From Minisyncoccia bacterium (GTDB taxonomy: Bacteria; Patescibacteriota; Minisyncoccia; Phycocordibacterales; UBA9973), in the NCBI GenBank assembly GCA_038251535.1, contig JBBSBF010000003.1, positions 1 to 58,974 of the forward strand: DNA of 58,974 nucleotides. The letters run 5' to 3'. The position numbers and the translations under genes are program-made. The notes below the pieces were generated by a model. The model made no database searches. It was not told the origin of the DNA and saw nothing but the letters and a program-made list of their open reading frames with translations. Below, piece after piece: positions 13,405 through 24,035 of the stretch (position 1 is its first letter; the number at the start of each line of letters is the position of its first letter).

Positions 13405-15204
13405 TTATTTTTGTTTCAATACATTGATAAACACGTCGTGCGGTATGTTGACCGTCGCATGTTCGCGCATTTTTTTCTTACCTTTTTTCTGTTTATCGAG
13501 CAGTTTGTTTTTGCGACTGACATCTCCTCCGTATAAATGTCCGGTCACATCCTTTCGGAAAGCTTTCATCGTACGGCTCGCAATGATACGACCGTAAGCC
13601 TTGGCTTGTATTTTCATCACTACTTGTTGACGAGGCATTACTGTTTCGAGTCTTTCGACAAAGTCATTTGCCTCTTCTTCAACTCGTTTTTCTGAAATAA
13701 TACGAGTAAATGCCGGTTGTACTTCGTCTCCGATAATGATATCCATACGAGTCACTTCTGCATTGCGCATCGCTACTATCTCGTACGAGACAGATCCATA
13801 GCCGCTTGTTAAGCTCTTTAATTCATCAAAAAAGTTCCGCATCATTTCGCGCAGTGGCATCAAACAGATCACGGTTGATCGATCAGAGGCAAAGTTTGCA
13901 ACATCAACAACTTCTGCCTCGTGTTCGTGCAAAAACGGCATCAATGCACCAACTTGCACAAGTGGCACGATGATCGCTGCTCGTACCCACGGTTCTGACA
14001 CTGATACGACCTCACCATTTTCTGGAAAGAGGTGTGGCGAGTAGACGATGATTTGTTTATCACCTTTTACCGTCACTATATACGTCGTCGATGGCATCGT
14101 CACAATGAGCTCGAGATTAAACTCACGGCGCAATCGCTCAGTAATGATCTCAAGGTGAAGCATGCCGAGAAATCCACACCGATATCCTCGACCAAGTGCT
14201 CCCGAAACTTCTTCTTCGTATGAAAACGACGAATCTGAAAGTCTGAGTTTTCCGAGTGCTAATTTGAGTTCATCAAAGTCATCCTGGCTCTCCGGATAAA
14301 TAGACGCCCAGACCACTGATTTAGGTTGTTCATAGCCAGCAAGCTGTGGGAGAGGGTTTTTGAAACTCGTAATAGTGTCTCCGACTGCGGCAATACCCGG
14401 CTGCTTGATACCTGTGACGATGTAGCCAATAGATCCCGCAGAGAGTGTTGACGTTGGAGTTGCGTCAGGGGTAAAGACACCTACCTCAAGTACATTGAAC
14501 TTTTGTTTTGTCACAGAAAAAATCAACTCATCGCCTTTTTTCACTTGCCCACTGTACAGTCGAGTAAAGATAATAACTCCCTTGTGGTTGGAATATGAGA
14601 AATCAAATATCAGCCCTTGCGGAGACTGCGCTTCTGCAGTGGCCTCCTGATTTGGACATGGGATACGATCGATGATCGCATGCAACAGCGCTTCAACTCC
14701 ATCTCCAGTACGGCCAGAAACGGCAATGACAGTGGATGGGTCGCAGTTAAGGAGTTCGGCTATCTCAAGCGTGATGTCTTCGGGGCGTGCGAGTGCGCTA
14801 TCCACCTTGGTAATGACTGGAATGATCACTAGTCCACTCTCACGTGCCATCTCGAGCGTCGTGAGCGTCTGTGCTTGTACCCCCTGTGTTGCGTCAACAA
14901 GAAGGAGCGATCCTTCGACTGCCTTAAGAGCGCGCGATACTTCGTATGAAAAGTCGATGTGCCCAGGGGTATCAATCAGGTTCAACATATACTCCTCATC
15001 GTTATATCGATACTGCATTCGAACAGGTTGCATTTTGATCGTAATGCCCCGCTCTCGTTCGAGCTCCATCGAGTCGAGTACTTGATCGCGCATCTTGCGT
15101 GCCTCGATCGTACCCGTCACTTCAAGCATGCGATCAGCCAAAGTGGACTTGCCATGATCGATATGAGCGATAATACTAAAATTGCGGATATGTTTGGAGT
15201 CCAT
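13405..15204 (-). CDS. lepA: elongation factor 4 (LepA)
   Basis: IRNFSIIAHIDHGKSTLADR G-domain, DTPGHIDF, and the LepA-specific C-terminal domain. 599 aa. Confidence 0.95.
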   Translation of the reverse strand: MDSKHIRNFSIIAHIDHGKSTLADRMLEVTGTIEARKMRDQVLDSMELERERGITIKMQPVRMQYRYNDEEYMLNLIDTPGHIDFSYEVSRALKAVEGSLLLVDATQGVQAQTLTTLEMARESGLVIIPVITKVDSALARPEDITLEIAELLNCDPSTVIAVSGRTGDGVEALLHAIIDRIPCPNQEATAEAQSPQGLIFDFSYSNHKGVIIFTRLYSGQVKKGDELIFSVTKQKFNVLEVGVFTPDATPTSTLSAGSIGYIVTGIKQPGIAAVGDTITSFKNPLPQLAGYEQPKSVVWASIYPESQDDFDELKLALGKLRLSDSSFSYEEEVSGALGRGYRCGFLGMLHLEIITERLRREFNLELIVTMPSTTYIVTVKGDKQIIVYSPHLFPENGEVVSVSEPWVRAAIIVPLVQVGALMPFLHEHEAEVVDVANFASDRSTVICLMPLREMMRNFFDELKSLTSGYGSVSYEIVAMRNAEVTRMDIIIGDEVQPAFTRIISEKRVEEEANDFVERLETVMPRQQVVMKIQAKAYGRIIASRTMKAFRKDVTGHLYGGDVSRKNKLLDKQKKGKKKMREHATVNIPHDVFINVLKQK

Positions 15205-15285
15205 AAAAGTATGGTGACTATACCACGAAAGGATGGATTAGGAAAAAGAAAAAATCATAGCGATTTGCTATGATTTTTGAATAGA

Positions 15286-15699
15286 TTACATTTTTGTTAA
15301 TTTTTCTTTTTTTCTTAATCGAATATATTTACCATTTTCATATAATTCATCTGAAACAAAAAATAATGGGATTTCAGGTTTATATTTATTCTTTCTAGGT
15401 TCAGTTGAAGAAAGATGGTATAGCCGTGTACACGCTTGCCAACCCAATCCAATCTCATAATGTTTCTGCCCAACTTTTTCGAGAAAAAAAGTTTCACCAA
15501 TTTCAATATCTGAGAAACTTATCGGCTTACCAAAAAAAATTTTTTTGTAATACAAAAGAAATGTTAACAACTCAAATGCTATCAATCCGTACAGTGCGTG
15601 TATACACCAATTTGGCATCTTCACATTGTTAATAACTGCAACTAGTACAAATGACGCAACGAAACTAGCTATGGATTTAAAAAAATAATTATTTTTCAT
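15286..15699 (-). CDS. hypothetical membrane protein
   Basis: 137-aa AT-rich ORF with 2 TM helices. Own TTGACA-N16-TAATAT promoter (15718-15745) starting 3 nt after the murJ stop codon. Confidence 0.55.
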   Translation of the reverse strand: MKNNYFFKSIASFVASFVLVAVINNVKMPNWCIHALYGLIAFELLTFLLYYKKIFFGKPISFSDIEIGETFFLEKVGQKHYEIGLGWQACTRLYHLSSTEPRKNKYKPEIPLFFVSDELYENGKYIRLRKKEKLTKM

Positions 15700-15717
15700 G
15701 TTAATATAATTTTAAAT

Positions 15718-15745
15718 ATATTAACATATCTAAAATTAATGTCAA
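15718..15745 (-). promoter_or_regulatory. promoter TTGACA-N16-TAATAT (gene 15286-15699)
   Basis: The -35 ends 3 nt from the murJ stop codon. Confidence 0.6.
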
Positions 15746-15747
15746 GA

Positions 15748-17448
15748 TTATAGATCCGGCTGTTGTGCAACGAGCGGCCTTTGCTTCCAAAACTTACTCC
15801 GAAGTGTTTGTATAAAGAGCCCCACATCTTCATTTTTGAGTGCAGAGAGCACAATGCCGTATATGGCGATACCGACGACACCAGAAATCACTCCTTGAAA
15901 TAGTATCCCCCAAAATCTCCCCTGATCAACTCCCCCACTTACCCACAAGAGCATGCCGTATACTGCGGTTGCCGCGATAACCGAAGCTCCGATAGTATGA
16001 AAGAGCGCACGGCCAAGATCCCTCGTCTCAACCTTAGTTCCTTGGACGTGTCGATGAAAATATCTCCACAATACAAAAGCATTGACGATTTGACCCACTG
16101 AAAACGCAAACGACAAGATGACGACATTTGCCCCCGTCGTTCCATCAATGCGAAGCAAACTATCGAGAAAGTACCGAAACAGTGGCACGTACTGATGAAG
16201 CGCCAAAAACCCAACTGCTGAAATCGCAGTTACCCCGACTACTGAGGCATTTATCTTCAGCGGCGTCTTGGTATTTCCCATTGCATAAAATCCTCGCACG
16301 AGAAGCAGTACCATGCATTGTGCAGTGATCGAGATCGCAAATAGTGCCAATGACGCCGCAACAAGACGCGTATCGTTCCAGGAAAATCTCCCCGCGCCGA
16401 GCAACACTCGCACAATCTGTGCACGCAACACGATGATAAAGAGCGCCGCTGGGATAGAGAGAAAGAAAATATTTCGAGTCGCACGATGAACCAGATCAAC
16501 AAATTCCTTTATTTGTTTTTCCGCGAACAGTCTGTTCATCGTTGGGAATGCAGCCATCGCATACGAGATCCCGATGATCATCAACGGAGTCGTCTGTATC
16601 GTGTACGAAAACTGAAATATTGAAATCGATCCAGCTACCAACAAGGACGCAATAGCACCCATGATGATAAAGGTAAGATTTGATAACGATGAAGCAAGGG
16701 TACGCGGGAGGGAAACGGTGACAACTTGCCGCATCGTTGGCCAATCAACACGTTTGGTAAGGGATGGAAGCTTGTGTAGGCTTGCAAGCGTCGGCAACTG
16801 AATGATGAGGTAAAGAAAGGCCCCTAGTACAACCCCGACCACAACCCCAAGCAGGCCAAGCATCGGACGCAGTGCGACAATACCAATCAATATACCGAAG
16901 TTATAAAACACAGGAGCGATGGCAAGTGCAAAGAACTTTCCCTGCACTTGTGCAAATGAGCCCAAAAGACTCGACAGCCCCATCAAAAATGGAGACAGCA
17001 ACATAATTCGGGAATACAACACCAGTGTTCCCTGCTGTGTCGCATTGAATCCAGGTGCAATGAGATGACTCAGATACGGCATCAACAGTATGGCAATCCC
17101 ACAGACAATGATCATCCCTGTAACGTATACCGTACATATACTGTCGGAAAATTTTTTGAGACTTATGTGACTATCACCCTCGGAGCCATTTTTAATATAT
17201 CCGGTAATAAACGGAATGATAACCGTCACCGAAAACAAAACTGCAATAGAATTGTAAATAAAGTCTGGTATTCGAAATGCCGCATAGTACACATCGAGTG
17301 CAGCAGACGGTCCGACCAACGACGCCAATAGGTGGTCTCGCAACAGTCCAAAGATTTGAGAAAGTAGCGAAAAAGTACCGAGCACAAGTGCTGCCTGGTT
17401 CATCGAGGCAACATCACGATTGAGCATTTTTAGGAATTTCGATACCAT
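15748..17448 (-). CDS. murJ: lipid II flippase MurJ (MviN)
   Basis: 566-aa polytopic protein with the MurJ-type N-terminus (AALVLGTFSLLSQIFGLLRDHLLA..YYAAFRIPDF). Confidence 0.85.
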   Translation of the reverse strand: MVSKFLKMLNRDVASMNQAALVLGTFSLLSQIFGLLRDHLLASLVGPSAALDVYYAAFRIPDFIYNSIAVLFSVTVIIPFITGYIKNGSEGDSHISLKKFSDSICTVYVTGMIIVCGIAILLMPYLSHLIAPGFNATQQGTLVLYSRIMLLSPFLMGLSSLLGSFAQVQGKFFALAIAPVFYNFGILIGIVALRPMLGLLGVVVGVVLGAFLYLIIQLPTLASLHKLPSLTKRVDWPTMRQVVTVSLPRTLASSLSNLTFIIMGAIASLLVAGSISIFQFSYTIQTTPLMIIGISYAMAAFPTMNRLFAEKQIKEFVDLVHRATRNIFFLSIPAALFIIVLRAQIVRVLLGAGRFSWNDTRLVAASLALFAISITAQCMVLLLVRGFYAMGNTKTPLKINASVVGVTAISAVGFLALHQYVPLFRYFLDSLLRIDGTTGANVVILSFAFSVGQIVNAFVLWRYFHRHVQGTKVETRDLGRALFHTIGASVIAATAVYGMLLWVSGGVDQGRFWGILFQGVISGVVGIAIYGIVLSALKNEDVGLFIQTLRSKFWKQRPLVAQQPDL

Positions 17449-17457
17449 TCCGTTGTA

Positions 17458-19824
17458 CTATTTTTTCTTCGTCGAAGTTTCAGGAGTCTCAACTGGTACA
17501 ACTACTTGTCCAGATGATTCAATTTGGGCAGCTTTTTGATCTACACCAGTAATGTTAGGGAACTGCACAGCAAAGTCTTTTAATGCCTTTTGTGCCTCCG
17601 CTTTTTGTCCAAGCGCAGTGAGGCTATCGATCACTCCCAAAAATGCGTTCGGATCGTTTGGGGCTATTTGTCGAGCAGTATTGTATGCATCAAGTGCAGA
17701 TTGGTATTGCTTTTGAGCAGTATGCGCCTGTGCCAAGAGTAGAAATCCTTGCTCATTGTATGGAGATATCTTGGTGAAGTTCGTCAATTCTTCTACCGCA
17801 GCGTTCGTTTCTCCTTGAGAAAGACGGATCTGAGTTCTAAGTATATACGCGTCCAGATAGTCATTTTTTAGTTGTATTGCCTTTGCAATATAATCTTTTG
17901 CAGCAGCTGCATCGCCCTTCGTTAGCGCAAGTTGCGCTTGATTTAAGAGAAACAGTGGATTCACCGGACTTCTCGACTGACCTTCATCTGCGGCTTGTTT
18001 TGCAGCAGTTACTGCATCTGTTGCCGTGCTCGATGCTACTAATTGGTACACCTGACTGAGGGTCAACCAGTTATTTGCATTGGTCTTATCCCACGCTACT
18101 GCCGCTCTTGCACTCTGCTCCGCTTGGTTGAAGTTTGTTTGGAGTTGTGTCTTGTCGGGTGACTGTGCCTTGGCGAGAGTGGTAAACTGCTGTACAAACA
18201 ATGCCGCTCGAGTTCTCCAGTAAATATCATTTGGGGATAGGGCCAGTGCTCTATCCAGACGCGCTTGTGCGCTATCTAGAGTAGATGCAGTGATCGCGCG
18301 ATTGTATTCTATGATACTCGCAAATCGATTTCCTGAGAAGTACGACGCAGTAAACCCAGCCATTGTTGCAAGTACAAGTAATAGAATCGCAAAAAAGCTC
18401 AAACGAGGATCACGTAAATAGTTGACCGAAATTACTGATGTCTTTCCTATCAATGACGAAACTCCCAATAATAACGCAAGGTACAAGAACCCGAACACCA
18501 TCAAGACCAATCCAGGTGAAGAGAACAAGAACAGTCCGACAAAGGCCACAAACATAATAAATGAAGTAACCGCTATAAATCTACTGAACCTATCAGGAAA
18601 CTGGTAGTTGAAAAGTTTAATACCGTGAAGCAATGAGAAACCTATCACACCTAAAAGGATGAGTGTAGCCAAGATGCCGTTTGTAGTGAGCATTGTCTCG
18701 AGCATACTAAATCCACTATCAAACGTACTGTTCCAAAATTGAGTTTGATTAACACCGATTGGGTGATAGAGGTTCCATACTTCTCCAAATCTTCCTGGCC
18801 CGCTACCAAATACTGGATCATGAAGCAAGGTTGCTCTCATAACATGAGTTGCCGAAGAAAATGAAGGACGAATGTCAGTAAAATTTATTCCACCTGACCG
18901 AGCAATAGATGCGCCGATGGAGTTGCCCCCCAAAAAGAAGAACAATCCGATAAGTAACGCCAAAAACGACATGACTGGAAAAGATGCAGTTTCTGAAATC
19001 GACTGTTCTACTACTTCTGATTCTGTTATCTCACCACTATGCGGGAAAAATTTCGCAACGGAGCGCTCTACCGATGATTTGTAGACAAATACGAGTAGAG
19101 AAGAAACTATGGTAATAATCCACGCAGCTTTGAAATTCAAGAATACCAATACCGCAATACAAAGAATCATTGCTCCGAGAGACAGAATTTTGAAAAAACC
19201 CTTTGGTTTCAATACTTCATACATCAACAGTGCGAGAAGGAAGGTTAGGGTAACAAAATATGCAAAATCAACCCAACTTCCTACGAGTGTCCCCTGTCTT
19301 GCGACATGACTAAAGTATTTTGATACAAACACTACATTTTGTGAGACATAAAATATGACTTGCAACAATATGGTAGTAACTGATCCTACAAATGTGGCGA
19401 GGAAAAGTTTGACCAGTTTTTTTTGATCGCGTGTGTGCGTGGCAACAAGGAAAGTAAATAATGCAAGCACAAGCGCCATCGCAAATGAATCAATTGAAAA
19501 TCCTCTTCCCCACAATGAAACAGTACTGTTTGCAGAGAGTAGTGACGAAATAAAGACGAGCACGACCCACAGCGCAAGTCCTCCAAACACAATATGTCGA
19601 GGGATTTTTAAAGACCCGCCAACAAACTGCGCGAGTAACCAAAATGAAAAAGCTAGAAACACCCCAATATAGAGGAGCACACTTTTCACTGCAGTGACAC
19701 CACCCCACACACTACTCAAAAAGAATAGCGGCAAGAGCGCACACACTGCGAGAATAATAGTAAAAGAAATATTGTTAAATTTGGCAATAAATTTTTGATG
19801 CATATAACTCATATCATAGCGCAT
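17458..19824 (-). CDS. O-antigen ligase-like polytopic membrane protein with C-terminal TPR repeats
   Basis: 788 aa with about 12 TM helices, a Wzy_C-like loop (HDPVFGSGPGRFGEVW) and about 250 aa of TPR-like repeats. Confidence 0.6.
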   Translation of the reverse strand: MRYDMSYMHQKFIAKFNNISFTIILAVCALLPLFFLSSVWGGVTAVKSVLLYIGVFLAFSFWLLAQFVGGSLKIPRHIVFGGLALWVVLVFISSLLSANSTVSLWGRGFSIDSFAMALVLALFTFLVATHTRDQKKLVKLFLATFVGSVTTILLQVIFYVSQNVVFVSKYFSHVARQGTLVGSWVDFAYFVTLTFLLALLMYEVLKPKGFFKILSLGAMILCIAVLVFLNFKAAWIITIVSSLLVFVYKSSVERSVAKFFPHSGEITESEVVEQSISETASFPVMSFLALLIGLFFFLGGNSIGASIARSGGINFTDIRPSFSSATHVMRATLLHDPVFGSGPGRFGEVWNLYHPIGVNQTQFWNSTFDSGFSMLETMLTTNGILATLILLGVIGFSLLHGIKLFNYQFPDRFSRFIAVTSFIMFVAFVGLFLFSSPGLVLMVFGFLYLALLLGVSSLIGKTSVISVNYLRDPRLSFFAILLLVLATMAGFTASYFSGNRFASIIEYNRAITASTLDSAQARLDRALALSPNDIYWRTRAALFVQQFTTLAKAQSPDKTQLQTNFNQAEQSARAAVAWDKTNANNWLTLSQVYQLVASSTATDAVTAAKQAADEGQSRSPVNPLFLLNQAQLALTKGDAAAAKDYIAKAIQLKNDYLDAYILRTQIRLSQGETNAAVEELTNFTKISPYNEQGFLLLAQAHTAQKQYQSALDAYNTARQIAPNDPNAFLGVIDSLTALGQKAEAQKALKDFAVQFPNITGVDQKAAQIESSGQVVVPVETPETSTKKK

Positions 19825-19842
19825 AATCTAGCGATGTGGAAG

Positions 19843-22164
19843 CTAGTGGATAACTATGTTTACGATCCTTCCTGGAACAACAATCACCTTTGCAACCGTT
19901 GTGCTCTGGACCAACCCTTGCACCTTGGGCAAGGCAAGCGCCTCGGCTTCAATTTCTTCTTTTGTTGCGCTCGTTGATATCCTCAGTTCTGCTCGAAGTT
20001 TGCCATTGATCTGAATACCGATAGTTCGCATTTCATCGATGAGTTGCGATTCGTCAACTGTTGGCCATGACGAAAGATGAATGCTGTCTTTTTGACCGAG
20101 CGTGTTCCATAGTTCTTCGGTCATATGTGGAGCAAACGGTGCAAGTAACAGCAGCAAATCCGTATATTCAGTTTGTAAAATAGCGGTGGTCTTCTCCCAC
20201 TCATTAACAAGTATCATCATCGCCGCAATACATGTATTGAATTTATATGCTTCGATATCCTCGGTTATTTTTTTAATCGTTTTATGGAGTTGTGGGGTAG
20301 TTTTTCCTTCGCCAATTTTTTCTTTCAATTTCCACACACGTTCGAGAAATCTGCGTACTCCGACAACTCCATTGGGATCCCATGGGTAATTTGAACCGAT
20401 ATACGGTCCCATAAAGGCCAGGTACAAACGCAATGTGTCCGCACCCAAACGATCTACAATGTCGTCTGGGTTAATAACATTTCCTTTTGATTTACTCATT
20501 TTATTACCATCGGGACCCAAAATAAGTCCTCTATTGCGTCGAACGGTGTATGGCTCGCTATCTGTCACCAACTTCAAGTCAAACAGTGCTTTAGTCCAAA
20601 ACCGCGAATATAACACGTGCATGGTCGTATGTTCAGCGCCTCCCATATATAGATCAATCGGCATCCAGGCATCCATAGATCCCTTTGCCGCAAACGCTGT
20701 GTTATTTTTATTATCAAGATATCGATAAAAGTACCACGTCGAATCCACAAAGGCATCCATCGTCTCGACTTCAGGTACCCATCCATTACCAAAGATCTTT
20801 TCCGTTCGTTCAAAAAGTTCCTTGCTCCGAGCAAGTGGTGGTGTGCCATCTGGCGTATGATCCACATCAGTCGGTAGAAGCCATGGCAAATGCTCATCGG
20901 GTACTGGATGAGCGTTCCCTTCCGGATCATAGACGATCGGGATCGGAGTGCCCCAATATCGCTGACGTGAAATCCCCCAGTCGCGCAAGCGGTAGGTTTT
21001 AGTCATCGTTCCACCAACTTTTTTTGTAATTTCAGCACTATCAACAAGTGGTAGGTCAACAATAGGTAGCCCGTGAGTTTGTGCAAATTCATGATCTCTT
21101 TCATCATGCATCGGTACCCCCATCACTGCACCAGTACCGTAGTTTGCAAGTACGTAGTCAGCGATCCACACTGGTACTTCTTCTCCATTTGCTGGATTGA
21201 TTGCTTTGATACCTTGTAACTCCACCCCAGTTTTTTCTTTTGATTGCTGGCGTTCAAGTTCAAGCTTTTTACTTGTTTGTGTTATATACACCTCAACCTC
21301 ATTTTTGTTTTCAACTTCTGCAATCAACTCCTTGACCAATGGATGCTCTGGTGCAAGTACAACATACGTTACCCCAAACAACGTGTCCGCACGCGTTGTA
21401 AACACCGCCACTTTCCACAGGTCTGAACTGTGGGGATTTTTTAATTCAAAAGTTATTTCACTTCCTTCGCTCCGGCCGATCCAGTTTTTCTGTGCTTCTT
21501 TGATTGCGTGGGGCCATTCGAGAGCGTCGAGATCATCGACGAGTCGATCGGCGTATTTTGTAATACGCAACATCCATTGCTGCTGTTCACGTTGAACTAC
21601 CTCACTTCCACAACGCTCACATGTACCGTCAACAACTTGTTCGTTTGCAAGTATTGTCTGGTCTTTAGGGCACCAATTGACCATGGTGATATCACGATAG
21701 ACGAGATCGTGTTTTAAAAATTGGTTGAACATCCACTGTGTCCATTTGTAGTACTCAGGCGTACACGTGACAACTTCGCGAGACCAGTCAAAACTCGCAC
21801 CCATACTGCGCAACTGTATGCGCATTTTATCCATTTGTTCATATGTCCACACCTTAGGGTCGGCGCCAAGTTTGATCGCTGCGTTTTCTGCAGGCAATCC
21901 AAACGCATCAAAACCCATTGGATACAGTACGTTGTACCCTCGCATCCGTTTGTATCGAGCAAAAATATCCGGTACTGAAAATGCATACCAGTGTCCAGTG
22001 TGGAGATTACCAGATGGATAACTGAATTCAACTAGCGAATAGAAATTTTCCTTTCCTGGAACATTGTCCTTTGTTTCGTAAAGATTGCTATCCTCCCATG
22101 CTTTCTGCCACTTTTTATCTATTTTCAAATGATCATAGGATTCCATGTCTATGGATTTTTCCAC
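19843..22164 (-). CDS. leuS: leucine--tRNA ligase
   Basis: YPSGNLHTGHWY (HIGH), CP1 editing domain, KMSKSKGN. 773 aa. Alternative start at M7. Confidence 0.95.
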   Translation of the reverse strand: MEKSIDMESYDHLKIDKKWQKAWEDSNLYETKDNVPGKENFYSLVEFSYPSGNLHTGHWYAFSVPDIFARYKRMRGYNVLYPMGFDAFGLPAENAAIKLGADPKVWTYEQMDKMRIQLRSMGASFDWSREVVTCTPEYYKWTQWMFNQFLKHDLVYRDITMVNWCPKDQTILANEQVVDGTCERCGSEVVQREQQQWMLRITKYADRLVDDLDALEWPHAIKEAQKNWIGRSEGSEITFELKNPHSSDLWKVAVFTTRADTLFGVTYVVLAPEHPLVKELIAEVENKNEVEVYITQTSKKLELERQQSKEKTGVELQGIKAINPANGEEVPVWIADYVLANYGTGAVMGVPMHDERDHEFAQTHGLPIVDLPLVDSAEITKKVGGTMTKTYRLRDWGISRQRYWGTPIPIVYDPEGNAHPVPDEHLPWLLPTDVDHTPDGTPPLARSKELFERTEKIFGNGWVPEVETMDAFVDSTWYFYRYLDNKNNTAFAAKGSMDAWMPIDLYMGGAEHTTMHVLYSRFWTKALFDLKLVTDSEPYTVRRNRGLILGPDGNKMSKSKGNVINPDDIVDRLGADTLRLYLAFMGPYIGSNYPWDPNGVVGVRRFLERVWKLKEKIGEGKTTPQLHKTIKKITEDIEAYKFNTCIAAMMILVNEWEKTTAILQTEYTDLLLLLAPFAPHMTEELWNTLGQKDSIHLSSWPTVDESQLIDEMRTIGIQINGKLRAELRISTSATKEEIEAEALALPKVQGLVQSTTVAKVIVVPGRIVNIVIH

Positions 22165-22221
22165 AAAAAGAAGACAATAGCAACAAAAGCGAAACCCCCT
22201 TATGGTAGCTCACTGCAAGTA

Positions 22222-22758
22222 TTATTTCCCAAATTTCCGTACTGCAGTCCAAATGAGCGCCCCAAGTGCCGCGGCGAGAAGCAGAACTTTGACGAGATTG
22301 TCTGCCTCTGACCAGTAGCGCATTGATGCAATCAAGAGCGAGAGTACCCCTCCCCACGCGAGTGCAGCTCCGAGTACGTCTTGGACTATAAATACTCCGA
22401 GGACAAGTGAGACGATACCGAGTAGCATGAGTATGACAAAGACGTTTCGTTGGTATATCTTGTGGGCCGCATCATACTGCATGCGCTTTGAGTAGTCAGG
22501 ATCACAGTACCCCTTGCTTTGGATTTTTTCATCGGGACTTACATACGTATTTGCATTCCATTGACCACCGATATTCAAGCAGTCTTCCTGTGTTTGTATT
22601 TCTTGCACAACTTGCGGCTGTGACATCGGATACTGTGGTTCTTTGTATACAAGCGAAATAGCGTAGTTAAAGAACATATTGAGGACAATCACAATACCGA
22701 GAATAAGCGACCACTTGACTAGCCGAGAGGGAGATTTCGTTGTTTGAATTGGTTCCAT
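22222..22758 (-). CDS. hypothetical membrane protein
   Basis: 178-aa ORF with one N-terminal and three C-terminal TM helices flanking a Cys-containing soluble loop. Confidence 0.55.
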   Translation of the reverse strand: MEPIQTTKSPSRLVKWSLILGIVIVLNMFFNYAISLVYKEPQYPMSQPQVVQEIQTQEDCLNIGGQWNANTYVSPDEKIQSKGYCDPDYSKRMQYDAAHKIYQRNVFVILMLLGIVSLVLGVFIVQDVLGAALAWGGVLSLLIASMRYWSEADNLVKVLLLAAALGALIWTAVRKFGK

Positions 22759-22823
22759 ATTAGAAGTATACTATATAGAGGTCGCGTAAGAGAAGCGTTT
22801 TTATTAGTAAATAAAATCACCTC

Positions 22824-23021
22824 ATGAATACATTTACATTGAATCTCCAAGATATTATCTCGTCCCCTTTTCGTTTTTACGATGCGTTGTTTGAAACAGA
22901 CGAAGAAAAAGCGGCTGATGAGGCAAATAAAAATTTCAAAGAGGTTATCGACAACGAGGTTGATAACCGGGTTGCAAAAGATCTAAAGGAAGCTACAGAT
23001 AAAATAAAAGATGAAGAATAA
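22824..23021 (+). CDS. hypothetical acidic small protein
   Basis: 65-aa ORF followed by a 12-bp-stem terminator (23028-23057). No motif. Confidence 0.4.
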   Translation: MNTFTLNLQDIISSPFRFYDALFETDEEKAADEANKNFKEVIDNEVDNRVAKDLKEATDKIKDEE

Positions 23022-23027
23022 GCAAAT

Positions 23028-23057
23028 AATATAACCACCTCCTATGGTGGTTATATT
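23028..23057. terminator. bidirectional terminator between 22824-23021 and ddl
   Basis: Perfect 12-bp stem AATATAACCACC/GGTGGTTATATT with a 6-nt loop. Confidence 0.7.
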
Positions 23058-24009
23058 ATTTGCGTCCGATGATGGCAGTGACAAATTCTTTGAGTGAGCT
23101 TCCTACAGACTGCAGTGCTTTGACAAATGCATTGTGTTCGGTGAGATATGGTACCGTGTCGGTTTCGATATACCATATCTTGCCTTGTTTATCGATGATG
23201 AACTCTGACTGAGAGTAATCATTGGCACCCAGGTGTTGATGGATGTCTTGTGCCAATGCACTCAACTGTTCTTTCTCATCACTTCGAAAATGTCCGCCAA
23301 CTACTGCATGCTCCTGTGATGTTCGATCTGCGTTCAAAAACATTCCTGCTTTCGGTCTCTTGATTTCAACGACGGGTAGCACATATCTCTCCTTGCCACG
23401 AAAATCATTGATCACTCCCACCGCCGCTTCGTTGCCATAAATATATTGTTCGATAAGAAATGGTTGTTGGTGAGAGAGACTTTCTTCGACAAACTGTGCG
23501 AGCTCGAGTGGTGTCTGTGCAAGATACGTGTTGATCGAAGCACCCCCCACCAGTGGCTTCAACACCCACGGAGGGGCCATACGTCGATAGATACTCTGCG
23601 TGATCTTTGCGATGGATTCGTTGCCGGTCGGCATCACGAGTACTGCGTCCGGTGTTTGGATGCCAAGTGCGCGAACGTGATCTTTGGCAATGAGTTTGTT
23701 TGCAGTCATCGCAGAAGCAACGGCCCCAGATCCACGATATGGAATAGATAGATCGTCGAGCATTTTTTGGATCGTGCCATCTTCTCCAGTAGATCCATGA
23801 ATCGTGTTCCACACGACGTCGACTTGGGAGGAGGCCGTTTCGAGTGTCGTCGGAATACCTTTGATGTGAAGGATACCTTCACGATCAACAAGCATGTCGA
23901 GGATGTCGTAGCCAGCTTCGTTGAGCGCCTTCATGATCTGTGCGCCACTCTTGAGCGAGATGAAGTACTCATCCCCGGTGCCACCGCGCAATATTCCGAT
24001 TCGTTGCAT
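23056..24009 (-). CDS. ddl: D-alanine--D-alanine ligase
   Basis: ATP-grasp protein with IHGSTGEDGTIQKMLDDLSIPYRGSG and a C-terminal YIETDTVP motif. 317 aa. Confidence 0.9.
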   Translation of the reverse strand: MQRIGILRGGTGDEYFISLKSGAQIMKALNEAGYDILDMLVDREGILHIKGIPTTLETASSQVDVVWNTIHGSTGEDGTIQKMLDDLSIPYRGSGAVASAMTANKLIAKDHVRALGIQTPDAVLVMPTGNESIAKITQSIYRRMAPPWVLKPLVGGASINTYLAQTPLELAQFVEESLSHQQPFLIEQYIYGNEAAVGVINDFRGKERYVLPVVEIKRPKAGMFLNADRTSQEHAVVGGHFRSDEKEQLSALAQDIHQHLGANDYSQSEFIIDKQGKIWYIETDTVPYLTEHNAFVKALQSVGSSLKEFVTAIIGRK

Positions 24010-24015
24010 TATATT

Positions 24016-24024
24016 AGTATAGCA
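24016..24024 (-). promoter_or_regulatory. extended -10 TGCTATACT, 6 nt before the ddl ATG
   Basis: TGCTATACT, then AATATA, then ATG at 24009. Confidence 0.55.
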
Positions 24025-24035
24025 AAATAAATTTC

